Shown: positions 34,474 through 49,029 of the stretch, piece by piece
Numbering within the stretch: position 1 is the first letter of the stretch
How the letters are laid out: each line of letters opens with the position of its first letter
Program-made: the position numbers and the translations under genes
Source: Adineta vaga
Lineage: Eukaryota; Animalia; Rotifera
Direction: 5' to 3'
Assembly: GCA_021613535.1 (NCBI GenBank)
Contig: CP075497.1
Location: 1,302,001-1,366,000, forward strand
DNA length: 64,000 nt
Notes under the pieces: model-generated
Told to the model about the DNA's origin: nothing
Seen by the model: only the letters and a program-made list of their open reading frames with translations
Databases searched by the model: none

Positions 34474-37400
34474 TTATAAAGTTCCAGTAAGATTTGGTGA
34501 ATAAATTCGACTTTTTCGTTGATGAATCTAAATGAAAAAAAAAAAGAAGATTCAAGAAGAAAAAACAAAATCTAAACGAACATTAAGATCATGTGAAGCT
34601 CGTGTATTCGGTTTTCTTTTCATTTGCATTCTTCCTTCAGTAATTAATTTACCCCAACCTTCTTGCTGAGCAAATGCATAACTTGATCTTGGTAAACGTT
34701 TTCTTAAATGTTTTTTTGGTCGAATATGTTCAATAAATAAAGCTTTTTCTTCATAACGATATTTTTGATTATATCGAGCTTTATCAATTTCATTGGAATT
34801 AAATCTCATTTGATAAAATCTACATTAAAATCATATTTTCTCTTTAAAATAAAAGAAAAAGGAAAATAATTACTGATAAATAAAAACAGGTAATAAAAGA
34901 ATAACTAAAATTAATAATAAAATCAACCAAAAATTTGGATTTAATAAAATAAATTTAGCAACACCAACATAAGTATAATTAATATTAAAAAGTTTTTTTA
35001 AATAAGTTGAATAAAGTATTAAATGAAAGATAAAATAGATAAGAATAGTTAACCATAAAGCTAAATGATAATAAATAGTCCAATACCATATTTCTAATGC
35101 ATTTTGTAAATTAACAATTATTATTATTATTGTTCCAATTAAAAATCCAAATGATTGAAGATCAATTTCAATTTTTCCATTATTTAATAATGATAAATAT
35201 GTTATAAAATAAATTACTAATGATGTTAACATACCATGAATTATACTTTTTATTAAAATTGTTCGATTAAAAAATTCATTTTTTTGTCCTGGATAATATC
35301 TAAATTAAATTCATCTATATATATACGAAGAAGAAAGTTTGTTGAGGGTGGATGTAGGCGGGATCTGTTAGAAAACGGGAGGATTTCGAATGCTACATAG
35401 TATATGTTGTTCTATCTCAGATATGTATGACGGGATATATTGTGGTGATAGATGAAAAATTTTCAAGCACAACTCTCTCCGAATCTCCTGTCGTTTTCAG
35501 CCTGGACCAATATCAGATACTACCGCTAGTTCGTTTTGTATACTTACAAATATGGTTTATTCAATGAATAATTATCATTAACATCCTTTGAAAATAAACA
35601 GATATATTTAAGAAAAGAAAAGAGAAAAGATTTTACTCGATCAAAAATACTGAGAAATAAAATGGGAAATGTTGAAAATAATGAATTATATAAAGCACCA
35701 TACATTGGATCATAAACAGTCTAAATAAAAAGAGAAGAAATTAAAAAGAAACCAATGAAATATTGAAACAAACTTGTGCTGAATAACCACAGAAGAAAGC
35801 AAACCAAAAATGACAAAAAGTAAATGCAAAATTTTTATAAAAAAAATAACGTAAAAATTTTGAAACTCTTAAATAAGATAAACGACCATGAATTAATAAT
35901 AAACGTTCTAAATAACAAAATTGACCAAAACTAAAATCACTTGCTAATACAGCTTGTTGTCCTTCTTGTCCACTTATTCCAATACCAATATGAGCTTCTA
36001 CAAAAGATTTTTTTCGAAATCAATTTAAATATATTCAAAAATCAAACTTTGAATCATTGAAACATCATTTGCACCATCACCAATAGCTAATGTTGTTTGT
36101 TTTTCATTATCAATTACTAATTGAACAACTTCAGCTTTTTGCATTGGTGTTACACGACAACAAATAACTGCATTACACATTGTTGCTATTTCTAAGAATT
36201 TTAGTTTTAATTTATCAGATAAAGCATAAATTAATGCTTGACCAGTTATTAAGATAGCAAATCCATCAAATAATTCTTCGATTTCATCATTGTCGTAATT
36301 AATACTTTGATCATCCATTTGAAATCGAACTGATTTTGTTGAACTTATTCGATTTTCATTGATTTTTTTTCTAGATTTATTGAAATTTTTCGTATCAATA
36401 CCCAATTGATTCCAATTTAAACGTTGACTTTTATCAATAAAATTAATATCAAATAATTTTTCTATTTTATCAATCATTAAATTTCGAATTTCTTCTAATT
36501 TAGATTCAACATTTTCTTCTGTTGTTTCTTCAATCATTTGTATTTCCATTTCATTTCTCAATAATCGACATGAAAGACCAATATTATATGCTGTTTCAAT
36601 TTTATCTCCAGTTAATACCCAGATTTTAATTCCAGCTTGAGTTAATCTTTGAATACATTGTGGAACTCCATCTTGTAGTTTATCTTCAATTCCAGTTGCA
36701 CCAACTAATATTAAATCTTTTTCAATTTCTTCGTACATTTCAAATACTTTTTCATCACGATTTTCCATACTTGTACTTGAAAAAATAAACAATATTTTAT
36801 AGAGAAATTTCTTATGAAAATCGAAAAAGATTTTCTCTCTTGTAGAGAATCGAAAGAGTTAGTTCAATAGTACTCCTGTGATTTTTGAAGAAACGATATT
36901 TTTCACATAACTCTTGGCATATAGGTCTGAACGGGTAGGAACTTTGGATCTCTACATTGCATAATGAATAAAAACTTATGATTTCTGTCGAAAATGGATT
37001 TGTTTTGTTTTTACTAAATTCAGAAAGAATTCAAATAGACCATTGTATGAATTTCGAAATCATTCTCGAGTTTATTCTTTTAGTGTTCAAAGAAAAGAAG
37101 AAACAAACTTTGCAAGATTTAATTTTGTATTCCATTGTTGATATTCTGATTGATCTAATTGTTTCCATGCTAAACATAATGTTCTTAAACTATCATTTGC
37201 AAAATTCTAAAAAAAATAAAAAATCTTTTTTGTTTGTTTTTAAAAGACAAATCAAACATTAAGATGTTCATCTGTTTGTTTAGTAATTTGATCTTGATTT
37301 GAAGCTAATCTTTGTTTGATTTTTGTATCTCCACCTTTACAAAACAGATAAATTTGATTATCTTTTTCAACAATAATCTTTCAAACATAAAAAAAAGAAA

Positions 37401-39629
37401 CAAGAATAAAACTTCTTCAATTAAAATCAAATCTTACAGACATTCTTTGTCTTTCATTATTAAAATCTAAAATATTCAAAAGATTATATGTTTCTTGTTT
37501 ATCTTTAATTTGAATTGTAATTGTTGTTTGTGTTCGATTTTGAAATGAAAAATAAAAAGCTCGTGCAGCTGAAACTAAAGCATATTCATCAGGTGATTGT
37601 GCTTGATAAATAATTTTTCCATTTTTCTCTTCAATCATAACTGTATGACATAAAGATAAAATTTTAAAAAATCTTTGTATATCTTCATTATTTTGATCAA
37701 TTTCATCAATTAATTTTTGATCATACCAAAGAAAATCTTTTTCATCTTCATTTAATTTAATAAATTTTAATTTCTAAAATATAAAATTTACTTTCTTACA
37801 AAAATTAAATCAAACAAACATTAATATCTTCAATTTCATTTCCATTTAAATCATAAACATAACCATATAATTGACCAGCAATTGAACATTTTTTAAATGT
37901 CATAATATTCTATTAGAAAAATTCCAAAGAAATTTTTATTTATTAAAAAAAATCAACAAACAAACTTGTGTAAGTGTTCCTGTTTTATCAGAGAATATAT
38001 ATTGAATTTGTCCTAATTCTTCATTAAGTGTTGTTGTTCGAACATGAGCAGGAACATTATTTTTTTCATAGAACATTTCAATATCCCAATCAATCCATTT
38101 TGATTGTAATAAACGAACAAATTCAATACTAACATAAAGTGAAATTGGTACAAGTGTACTTAATGTTATTATATAAGATAAAAACACAAGAAAACCAATT
38201 TGAATTGATCCACGAAGATTATTTAATGAAATATAAGATTCTCGTGATAAATATTGAGAAAAATAATAACCGATTTTATATTCCCATATAGAACAACATA
38301 TTGTCATTGTTAAACATAATAATAATAAAAATAATAAAATCTATTTAAAAGAAAAAATTTTCGTTTTTTCAAAATAAATCAATGAAATTACTCCAATAAT
38401 AATTTTATCAAGTAATTGATCCATATGTGATCGTTTAAATGTTGATTTATTTGTATTTTTCATTAATTTTGTATCTGAACCAGCATAACAAACAACTAAA
38501 AATGAAACAAAGAAATTGAAAGAAAACGAAAACGAAAAGAAGATTTATACTTCCAACAACCCATTGTGTATTTCTTAATCGAGTTCCTCTTAATAAAATA
38601 TTTTCATTTTTTAATGAATATATTTGATTATTCCATTTTAAATTTCCTTGAAATTTATTTAAATTATTATTTGGTAATTCACATTCAATTTCACCATTAA
38701 AATTCGATAAATCATCAATATCATCACCAATTGGTTGAATTTCTTCAATTGATTGTCGAACTTTTAAATTTGTTTCTCTAAAATTCTTAGAAATATTTTA
38801 TTTCATTGAAAAAAAAAATTTTTTTTTTCAAATCTCAATTACCCATCCAATTCAGCTGTTTCAATATAACAAAGTCCATTTGGTTCACTTGTTGAAATAA
38901 TAAATATATCAGCCTATAGAGAAAGAACGTTCTTTTAAATCAAAGTAAAAAAACAAAACGATTTAACTGTAACAAATTCATCATTAGTTAATTGAATCAT
39001 ATCTCCAACTTGAATATCTTTCCATTTTCTATAAATAATATCATCTTCATCAATAACTTGTGTTTGTCTATTATTAACATGTGTATCACTTCGATGTCTT
39101 CCCTACGAAAATATTCGAAAAATGAATTGAAATAAGAAAATTCTTTTAAAATACAATATCATCAATTGCATCTTTAATTGCTGTTAATGTTAAAACAAAA
39201 ACTAATGGAACAATTGTTGTATATGGTGGTAAAGAACTTATTTGAGGAATTAACTAAAACAAAAAGAAAAGAAATTTTTAGAAAAAAAAACAACATTCAA
39301 ACTAACTTGTAAACAAAGTAAAAATAAAAAATAAGCATTTGCTAAACGATGAAATTGTTCGAATAAATTCTTGGGTAAAAATGTTAATAATGTATATCGT
39401 GATGTTGATACTTCATTTCTCTTAAAAAATAAATCAATGTATTTTAGAAGAAAACAAATTCGTTTTATTAAAAATTACTGAAAAATTTTTTAATAAATTT
39501 CCTTCTCGATCATTTACACGAATCTTTCGAGTTTCTTCTAAAAGACAAGCAAAATAAGATTAAATTTTCGAATAAAAGAATCTTTTCACCTGGATCAGAA
39601 GGTTTTTTGAAAAACGAAAAATTTTTCAT
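34474..39629 (-). CDS. P4-type ATPase phospholipid flippase (ATP8B-like)
   Basis: [75 protein letters not shown]; many short introns. Confidence 0.95.
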
Positions 39630-39935
39630 TGAAATATTTTCAATCTAAAGTAAAAACGACATTGATCTGTTTTTAAAATAATGTTTAATCGACCGTTTCA
39701 AATTATATATCGATCGATATACATTTCTTTCGTTCTATTCAAATGTATAGATTTGTAAATGAAGTAAAGAAGTACATTTTTATCTTTAAGATAACAAAAT
39801 ATCGAAAGTTTTTTTTTCTTCTTTAGAAATAAAAATAAAAAGAATGTTTATCAAATTCCTTTTCTTCGTTAGATAACAATGCAAACATTTATTTATTTTT
39901 CTTTTTCTGTTTCTTATTAAGAATAAATGAAATAA

Positions 39936-40781
39936 TTATAAAATATGACAATTATTTGGATGATTAAATTGTTGAACATGAAAATAATTATTTGAATTCA
40001 AATGAAAAATGAAATCAAGAAATGAATTTCTCATTTGATAAATATTTTTTATTTGTTCATCAAATGATTGTTTATTTGGATAAGATAATAATTGTGAACG
40101 TAATGAACCCATAAAAAGAATTTTTCGGTTAAAAAATTCTTTAAAATTATATTGTAAAAGTTGTTCGGAATGAAAAAATTCATTTAATTTCTCTTCTCTT
40201 TCATATTCATTTGTTTCTTCACAATGTGTTAAAATTAAATAAATATATTTTTCTAAAAATGAATAATTCTTCTTCATATAAATCATAGAATTAATTTCAT
40301 TTTTATCTAAAGTATTTTCAAAATTAATAACCAAACCAAAGAAATGAATATGTGTTAAATCTTCTTCCAAACATTTATTTAATGTTTTTCTCATTTGATT
40401 ACTTTTTATTGATTTATTAAACATTCCAGGTGTATCAATTAAATTAAAACAACAAATATGATTGTTTTCATTCGAATTCCAATTTCTTATTGATATTGGA
40501 TATATTGTTGTTTCTTTTGTTTCACAATAAAGTTTTCGAGATGATGGAATATAATATGGATTTTCTAAAACATTTCCAATTGTTGTTTTACCACTTCCTA
40601 TTTTACCCATTAAAAGAAGATTTAATGTTTTTCTATAAACTATTTCATATTTCATTAGTTTTTTATTTAATTCTAATTTTTCATTGATAATTTCATTTAA
40701 TTTCATTTGTTTATATTCTTGATTAATCCATTGATCTTCATCATTAATTTGACATGAAAAAGTTGAAATATATTTCGACAT
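39936..40781 (-). CDS. Intronless AIG1/GIMAP-type P-loop GTPase with a C-terminal CaaX box
   Basis: G1 GKIGSGKT, G3 LIDTPG, G4-like LILTHCE; ends NNCHIL*. Confidence 0.75.
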   Translation of the reverse strand: MSKYISTFSCQINDEDQWINQEYKQMKLNEIINEKLELNKKLMKYEIVYRKTLNLLLMGKIGSGKTTIGNVLENPYYIPSSRKLYCETKETTIYPISIRNWNSNENNHICCFNLIDTPGMFNKSIKSNQMRKTLNKCLEEDLTHIHFFGLVINFENTLDKNEINSMIYMKKNYSFLEKYIYLILTHCEETNEYEREEKLNEFFHSEQLLQYNFKEFFNRKILFMGSLRSQLLSYPNKQSFDEQIKNIYQMRNSFLDFIFHLNSNNYFHVQQFNHPNNCHIL

Positions 40782-41516
40782 AATTTCTAACAAAAACTTT
40801 GTTGTAAAAGATTCTTTTACTTCAATATCGAAGAAAAAAACTTATCTTAAATATGAACGATAAAAAGATTAATTGTAAATTGATATATTTATTTTCAAAA
40901 ACTATATTCATTTCTTTATCAGATAGTAAATTTATTATGAAAATTCTTCTCTTCAAGGTATTTATTGAATAGTAAATAACAATGACATTGATTCTATGCA
41001 ACAAAATCAAAACTTATTCCTTGTGAGAGAACATTTTGTATGAGGTATAATTGCATATAGATAAAAGTAAATCTATTCCTGTTACATGGAAAAACTCTGG
41101 CTCATGTTTATTCGTGATTTATTTTCGAAATGATATCAAATAGTTGAATGTGCATTTATATTCGAATTCGAGTTAGGCAGCACATGAAAAAAGGACTGAC
41201 AGATTTGAAAATCTATAAAATTTTTCAGTACATAAAACAGTTTGACCTTTTCCTCGATTATTATTTTATATATTCTTTTGAACAACTTTTGTTTGATCTA
41301 AAATAAATCGTGCATTAATCTCATTTTATCTTTTATTCATATAAGTCATTCATTATTTACCACTTTCAATATATTATAATCCAACACATATAATAGAATT
41401 AATTAATGATCTACGCGTTTTGTGAGAAAGTATAAGATATCATTTCATTTTATTATTTCTCGTCAACATTTGAACTCTTCGTTCGTCAACTAATCATCTA
41501 TATTAAATATAAAAAG

Positions 41517-42572
41517 ATGTCCTCAATAGTGGCTCTCTATTCAACTACATTATCCCAAATTCTCTCTAACATTACATTAAGTATCGATCTTATTACTTTC
41601 ATTTTTGGTATAATTGGTTGTATTGGTAATTTAATAACATTTACTAATCGAAAAATACGTCAATCTTCATCTGTATTCTATTTATTATGTGCAACAATAT
41701 TTGAATTAATAACTATTTTAATATGTGTTTCACTTCGTTTGTTTTCTGATCGTTCTGGAAGTAATTTATTAAATGAATCATCTTTATTTTGTAAATTTCG
41801 TTATTATTTTGCATTAACATTACCTACAATTTGTTCTTATTACATATTTTTATCTACACTTGATCGATATTTTTGTATATCAACTAATGCCAAAATACGT
41901 TCACGAAGTCAAATTAAAATTGCAAAACGAATATCAACTGTTATGTTAATACTTTCTATTACAATCCCAATACATATTCTTATCTTTTATAATATTTATA
42001 ATAATCTGTGTCAAATTCAACCTTCAAGTATTTATATATATATTAATGCATCTTATACAATTATTATTGTCATATTTTTACCTCATATTCTTATGTTAAT
42101 CTTTTCTCTTATGACTATAAATACTTTTAAACAATCACAACAACGTGTATTTCCTGCAATAACAGAAAATCGTACATCAAATCGTCGAAAAACATTCGAA
42201 ATTAAACTTCTAAAGGTACGATTTTATTAATATTTCTTATCAATAAATAAATCAATTCATGTAAATTTTTTTAAATTATAGATCATTTTAATACAAGTTT
42301 TTCTAAGTATATTACTTTCTCTCTTACGTTTTGGTTCTTTTACTTATCGTAATATTGTCTTTAATATTATTACTCCAACAGTTGCTCATCGTGCTGCAGT
42401 AGTGTTTGCTGAAACATTGGGTGGTTCTTTATATTTTGTCAATTATGCTTTATCTTTCTTCGTATCAATTATTTCAAGTAAATTCTTTCGAAATGTATTT
42501 TATGAAAGAATAATTATTTTGTATCGTCATTCGTTTCAAAAACTAGTACAAAGAAATGTACACAGTCATTAA
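41517..42572 (+). CDS. Rhodopsin-like (class A) GPCR, 2 exons
   Basis: GCIGNLITF (TM1), CKFRYY, STLDRY, NYALSFFVSIISSKFFR (TM7/helix 8); intron at about 42216-42280. Confidence 0.85.
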
Positions 42573-43440
42573 TTTTTCTTATCAAAAATAAAATATTAGA
42601 AACAATTATTGATCCAAATGTATATATCTATTATCAGACAAATTATGGACAATAAAAAATGTGAAAATCTCAGATTCAAATCTAAAGTTTTCCAGAAAAG
42701 AGTCTTTGGCTGAAACAAACTTCTTTTCATTAATAAGTATTTCATGTAGGCAGTTTTTATTGGAGTTCTATCTTCTGAAGTTATATGAGTAAAAAGACGG
42801 ACATACGGGTCGATTCTATAGCGTATATACAAAAGATAAGGTTCCAAGAATTTTGGACTTGAAAAGAGAAAAAACAGAAGATTCTCTGTTCATTGGAAAA
42901 AGGCGCATAGATAAACGTTTAATTAAGAAATGGATTTGTTAAAACAACGATTGATAAAAGATAAATATGACATTGAATTACGTTATTCTTATTTAATTGA
43001 ATTGTTATTAAATGAAAAAATGGATCGACATTGTAAATCTTTTAGAAGACACACCATTTATTGATTTTATTCAATTTAAACAAATTTTACATGAGCTGCC
43101 TAATGTGAGTTAGAATATAAATGAAGATTCAGCTGTTTGTTATAACTTCGAAAATAATTTATGAAAAAGACAACTATAATTTGAAGATAACATAAGGGTA
43201 GATGTAATTTTAATTTGATACATTTATAGCGCATTCCTATGAACTTCTGTAAAAATAGGGATTGTTAGGAATAGATTTATTTTGGCCTTTTTTTAATTCT
43301 AACTCATATATACAGATATAACTATGTCCGAATATGAATCAGAGGTACGTACAACTAAAACTATGTTTTCCTGATGAATTAATTTTATGTTAAGATTTGT
43401 TTTTGAAATAAACATTTATAATCGAACTCGAATTAGACAT

Positions 43441-43996
43441 CTACTCAACTAAAGAAAAAGAAAAGATTTCTTCAATTTTGTTTTCTTTTAAAATAAATTC
43501 AAATAACCCTGAACAAAACATTGAATTATTTGAAATAAATCTTTTAGGATATTTTTTATCTAAATTTTTCATAATATGTTGAGCAGTTCGATGAAATCCT
43601 AAAGTCCGTGGCCACCAATCCCATCCACTTGTATTTGTACCACATCGAAATGGTGGAAATTTACTATGAGAAAACAAAAGATTATTAAAATTCATATCAG
43701 TAAAATTCATTGGATTTATCCAAGCCTTGAAAATTAAAAAAAACAAGAGAAAAATTCGTTTTAATTTAAAAACAAAAAACAAAAGAGAATTTGTTTACAT
43801 CAAAATGAAAATATAAAGGAATTTTTTCTGGAAGTTTTCGATTAAATCGAATAAATGCAATAGTTTTAGCAAATGGAGATTTGATTTTTTCATTTTTATT
43901 ATTATATAATTCTAGTTTTGATAAAATATAAATAAAAATAAATAAAATAATTATTAACACAATTCGATTGATTATAAAAACTTTGTTTGATTTCAT
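43441..43996 (-). pseudogene. Truncated, internally deleted tandem paralog of the 44212-45446 gene
   Basis: SPFAKTIAFIRFN, YFHFD|AWINP, FPPFRC...WWP, FCSG. Lacks about 50 aa of exon 1 and has no recognisable third exon. Confidence 0.65.
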
Positions 43997-44211
43997 TTTA
44001 TTTTATTCGATCTAAACGAAATTCAATCTTTTTGTTTACTAAAATAATTCTAAATTAAACAAGATTATTATCTCTTATGATAAATAAACAAAAAGTGTTC
44101 TTTAAAATTCTTCATATTGATTATACTGAAAAGAGACATTTCAAATAAAAACTAAGGTTATACTTATTAGTTGAAAGTTTTGTGACAATGCAGATGTTTA
44201 TATTTATTTAT

Positions 44212-45446
44212 TTATTCATTTAGAAGAAACAAATGTCTAAAGAAAAATATTTTTCAAGGAACTAAATTCATTTCTAATCAATTCATTATTTAAATCCATT
44301 CTATGTCCACATCTTCTATTTTTTAAATCTAATCTTTGTGCTCCTGAAGCACAACAACTTCCCCAACAATCTGATATTTTTGTAATAATTGAATGTGATT
44401 TAGTAGATCGATAAGTAAAATCTATAATTTGAATGATTGTTGGAATTGCAATTTCATGAAAAGTTCCAGTGGAATGATAAATATTTGATAAAGTTATAAA
44501 ATCTTGAAAAAATCTTCTCGGAATATAATAAATATCAGACCATCTAACAAGAAAAAGATAGTTTTACATAGAATTATTCAGAAATAGTGGCAACAACATT
44601 TTAGTAGCAGATATTAAGCGTGATAAAAGTTTCTTTTTATATAAGATGATGGAAAGAAAAATACTCTTTTTTTCTATCCTATTTGATCATACTTCAATCA
44701 ATATTAATGACGTTATTACTACTTTTAGACAATCCTATGAGAAGATGATATAAATTTGTAAATTTACCCAACACAAAATTCATTTTGATCATTAATTAAA
44801 TATTTGTTTGAATAATTTTTTTCTATAATTATTCTCGTATTTTTAGCTCTTTTATGAATTCCATTTGTATCAGGCCACCAACCAATTTCACTTTCATTTC
44901 TTAAACATTTAAATGGTGGTGGATAAGCATCGAGAAACCAAATATTTTCAAAATTCATTCCATGAAATTTAAATGGTTGAATCCATGCCTAAAATGAATT
45001 TCAATGAAAATAAGAATTTTGTTTTTCAAAAAAGAAAAAAAATCTTTTTACATCAAAATGAAAAAATAAAATTCCTTGAATTAATGTATAGTTTCCATTG
45101 TTTCACTAACTACTTTATATGGAAAATCACATTTTTCTAATCCATCACTTGTTAAATTAACTTTATTTGTATACGAAGGAATTGAATAATGTAAATGAGA
45201 AAAAAATGGACGATATTTTTCCATTAATGGAATTCTTTGAAAATGAGCAGAATTCCATCGAATAAAAGCTAAAGTATTTCGAAATGGTGAAATGATTTGA
45301 TTTGATTTCAATTGAGAATTTAATAAAGGAATTTTATTTTGAAAATATTTTAATTGATTTAATTTGAAAAGTATTATTAAAATAAATAAAGATAATAAAA
45401 TCAATTTCCAATTCAATATTTGAAAACATATTCGATTATTTAACAT
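44212..45446 (-). pseudogene. Type II membrane protein, putative glycosyltransferase-like (STELLO/DUF288 C-terminal-like), with one frameshift
   Basis: N-terminal TM anchor; GILFFHFDAW, GWSDIYYIPRRFF, FHEIAIPT, DCWGSCC. Frame shifts near 45081 (ETIH* versus IQGILFFHFD). Family call from memory of motifs. Confidence 0.55.
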
Positions 45447-45570
45447 TGAAACTTAATTTTTTAACAATTTTTATACAAAAAATAAATTCAATATGCTTTT
45501 ATCATATGAAAAAGAAAAGTTTTCTTTCTTTTTTTTTTTGAAGAAAAAACTAAAGGAAGAGAAATACTTA

Positions 45571-45684
45571 AGGAGCATTCCAAAAATTTTGTCATCCGTT
45601 CAGCCGCACTGTCGCAGTATAACGACGTAAAATAAATTGTTCATACCGCGGCAGGGCGGCCGGCAAACATTTTGGAATGCTCCT
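45571..45684. mobile_element. 114-bp MITE with 15-bp terminal inverted repeats (PIF/Harbinger-like)
   Basis: AGGAGCATTCCAAAA ... TTTTGGAATGCTCCT; preceded by TTA; GC-rich interior. Confidence 0.75.
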
Positions 45685-46566
45685 TTTATGAAGAGAACTG
45701 ACTTTTTTCTTCTTATAAATAATTGAAATGAGTTCAACTAACTTTTAAAAAGATTAAAATATCCTTTTTCATGTTTTTAGATTCATATGTTCTTAATCAT
45801 GAAAATACAATAAACTTATTTAGAATAAAATCATTTTTCTTTTCTTTCATCTAAATCACAAATTTCCTAACTTGTTAGGTTCCTGAATTGGGTTTGAATT
45901 TCTTGTTGAAAAAGAAACTTGAACCTAACTTTTGGATTGTTCTAAAGATATGCGCTAAATAAAGCATAAAATTCTATGTCAGATCATTCTATTTTCCGAT
46001 CTCGCTCAAGTTCTATCGTAGGAGAAATATCAACGGGATTTACGAATCTATATATTAAATATTGATAAGTACAGAAACAACTTGAACATTAATTTTCTTG
46101 TAAAGTTAATAATAAATCATAGCTGTATCTATTCATAATTGAAAAGAGTTAAAGATATTGGTAAAAGAAAAGTTTATCTGCAATTTTCCTCTCTCAATCA
46201 TTCGAAAGAATTACAATTTGCAAAGAAGAATTAATAAAATACGATGAGTATCGAAACAATCAAATTTTTTTTCTTATATAACCTTTTCTATTATGTTTCT
46301 TTTGAAAAGAAATCATTTTTTCTGGATTTCTATATAAATTGACGATCGATCATATCTCAAATAGTTTTCATAGAATTTTTGTTGCATTATGATTGTCATA
46401 GAATTCAAGGACAAAGAAAAGTAACTTATCTATCGAGTTAAAAATGACGTCATAGTATGTTTAGAAATGATATTCTTTTATATATATATACCAAAAGAAG
46501 ATAACAAAGAAAAAGTTTAGACGACATTTGTTTTCTTTTTAGATATTGTCTCCAGTTGGATTTGAG

Positions 46567-48943
46567 ATGAAAATTTATTTGTATTTAGTTTTATTCATTT
46601 TCTTTTATGAAAATGTTCAATCAAATCAAAATGATCCAGGACAATTTTTAGTAGCTTTATTTTCTTTTTATTTTATAAAAAAATCATTTCATTTTCTTTG
46701 AGGTTGGTGCAGGAATTTATGATATTACTGGACAAGTTGCAGAAAGTCGTTTATTCTTTAAAATCATAATCTTTTGTTTGTTTAATTCTTCTCTACTTTA
46801 GTTGGTTTTATGGGTTATGCAGTACCAAAACAACGTGGTCAAGGTTTATTACAACGAATGCGTGCTCGAGCATTTATTATTGGTAATAAAGATAGAGAAG
46901 AAAATCGTGTTGTTTACGTCTCAGTGGATAATGGAATGGCTTTTCAAATCGTTAAAACTGAAGTTGTTGATAGATTAAATAAAACATTTCGATCAAATCT
47001 TTATAATGATAAAAATGTTTTAATATCTGGTACACATACACATTCAACACCAGGCGGAACTGGTGGTACTGCACTTGTTGATATAACAACGTTTGGTTTT
47101 GTTAAAGAAAATTGGGAAGCATGTGTTAATGGAATTGTTCAAGCAATAGTACGTGCACATAATAATATTCAATTAGGAAGAATTAAAATTAATGTTGGAC
47201 AAGTTGATAATGCAAATATTAATCGTTCACCAGCTTCTTATTTAAATAATATTGATAAAAATAATTACACAGATAATACTGATCATGAAATGACTGTTCT
47301 AAGATTTGAATCATTTGATGGAAAAAATGAAATTGGAATGATGAATTTTTATCCTGTTCATGCTGTTAGTTTAAATAATACAAATTTATTAGTTGCTGGA
47401 GATAATAAAGGTTATGCTTCATATTTATTTGAAAAATCAAAAAATCCACAAGGAACATTACCTGGTAAAGGAAAATTTGTTGCAGCTTTTGGACAAAGTA
47501 ATGAAGGAGATGTTAGTCCAAATTTAATGGGACCCAAATGTATCGATACAGGTTTACCTTGTGAATTTGCTACTTCAACATGTGGTGGAAGAACAGAAAA
47601 ATGTATTGCTTTTGGTCCGGGAAAAGATATGTATGAATCAAATACAATTATTGGTCAAAGACAATTTGAAACAGCAAAAGATTTATATGATAGAGCACAA
47701 AATTTTATTAATGGAAATAATATTGTTCAATTTCGACATACTTATATTGATATGCAAGTAAGATTTATTTTAACATAAAAATTATTTCTTTTTTGCCTTT
47801 TTCTTAAGACAATAAATGTAAGTAGTCGATTTACATCAACAAAACGAAATGAAACAACATGTCAAGCGGCACTTGGTTATGGATTTGCTGCTGGAACAAC
47901 TGATGGTCCTGGTGATTTTGATTTTACACAAGCGAAAAATTCAACAAATCCATTTTGGCAATTTGTTGCATCATTCTTAGCAAAACCAACACAACAACAA
48001 ATTCAATGTCAAGCACCAAAACCAATTTTACTTGATGTTGGTCTTATTAAACCAATTGAATGGGTTCCTTTTGTTTTACCACAACAAATCTTTCAAATTG
48101 GACAATTATATATTATTGGACTTCCAGGCGAATTTACAACAATGAGTGGAAGAAGACTTAAAGCAACTGTTAAACAAGCTTTGATTAATGCGGTATGAAT
48201 ATAGAAACAAAGTTATTATTTTAAACTCTTCTTTTATGTTTTAAAGGGAACATGGACATCAGATAGTCATGTTGTTATAGCTGGCCTTTCAAATAGTTAT
48301 ACACATTATATAACAACATTTGAAGAATATCAGGAACAACGTTATGAAGGAGCATCAACATTATATGGTCCACATACATTAGCTTCATATCAACAAATTT
48401 ATGATGATTTAGCAACAAAATTAGCTCAAAATCAATCAGTACCATCTGGTCCGGCACCATATGATATGAGAGGCAAAACATTTTCATTTGTTTTACCACC
48501 AATATGGGATGGTTAGATTTGAATTTCTATTTAAAAACGAAATCTTTCATGTTTTTCTTTAAATAGGTGTACCAATTGGAAAGAAATTTGGTGATGTTAT
48601 TGATGATGTTCATTCATCATATAAACCAGGTGATATTGCTCGTTGTTCATGGTGGGGTGCAAATCCACGTAATGATCTGTTTACAGAAAAATCTTATTTA
48701 TATATTGAACAATATATTAATCAAACATGGACACCTATATTAACTGATGATGATATTCAAACAAGATTTCATTGGAAAAGACAAGGAATTGATCATAGTG
48801 TTATTACTGTTGAATGGTTTATTCCATTGACACAACAAACTGGTCAAGATTTATATCGAATACATCATAATGGAGTTAAAAATAATATCTTCGGTAAAGA
48901 ACAATACAATGCTTTATCGAAAAGTTTTACAATTCAAAATTAA
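46567..48943 (+). CDS. ASAH2: Neutral/alkaline non-lysosomal ceramidase
   Basis: Signal peptide; GAGIYDITG, MGYA, SGTHTHSTPGG, NINRSP, GEFTTMSGRRL, QRYEGASTLYGPHTL, GANPRND. Confidence 0.95.
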
Positions 48944-49029
48944 AAAAAACTGTTTTTTTATTTGATTTATTTTAAAGAAAAGAATAAAGATATCTTTTGT
49001 TTTGATTCTATAAAATGAATAAAATAATT

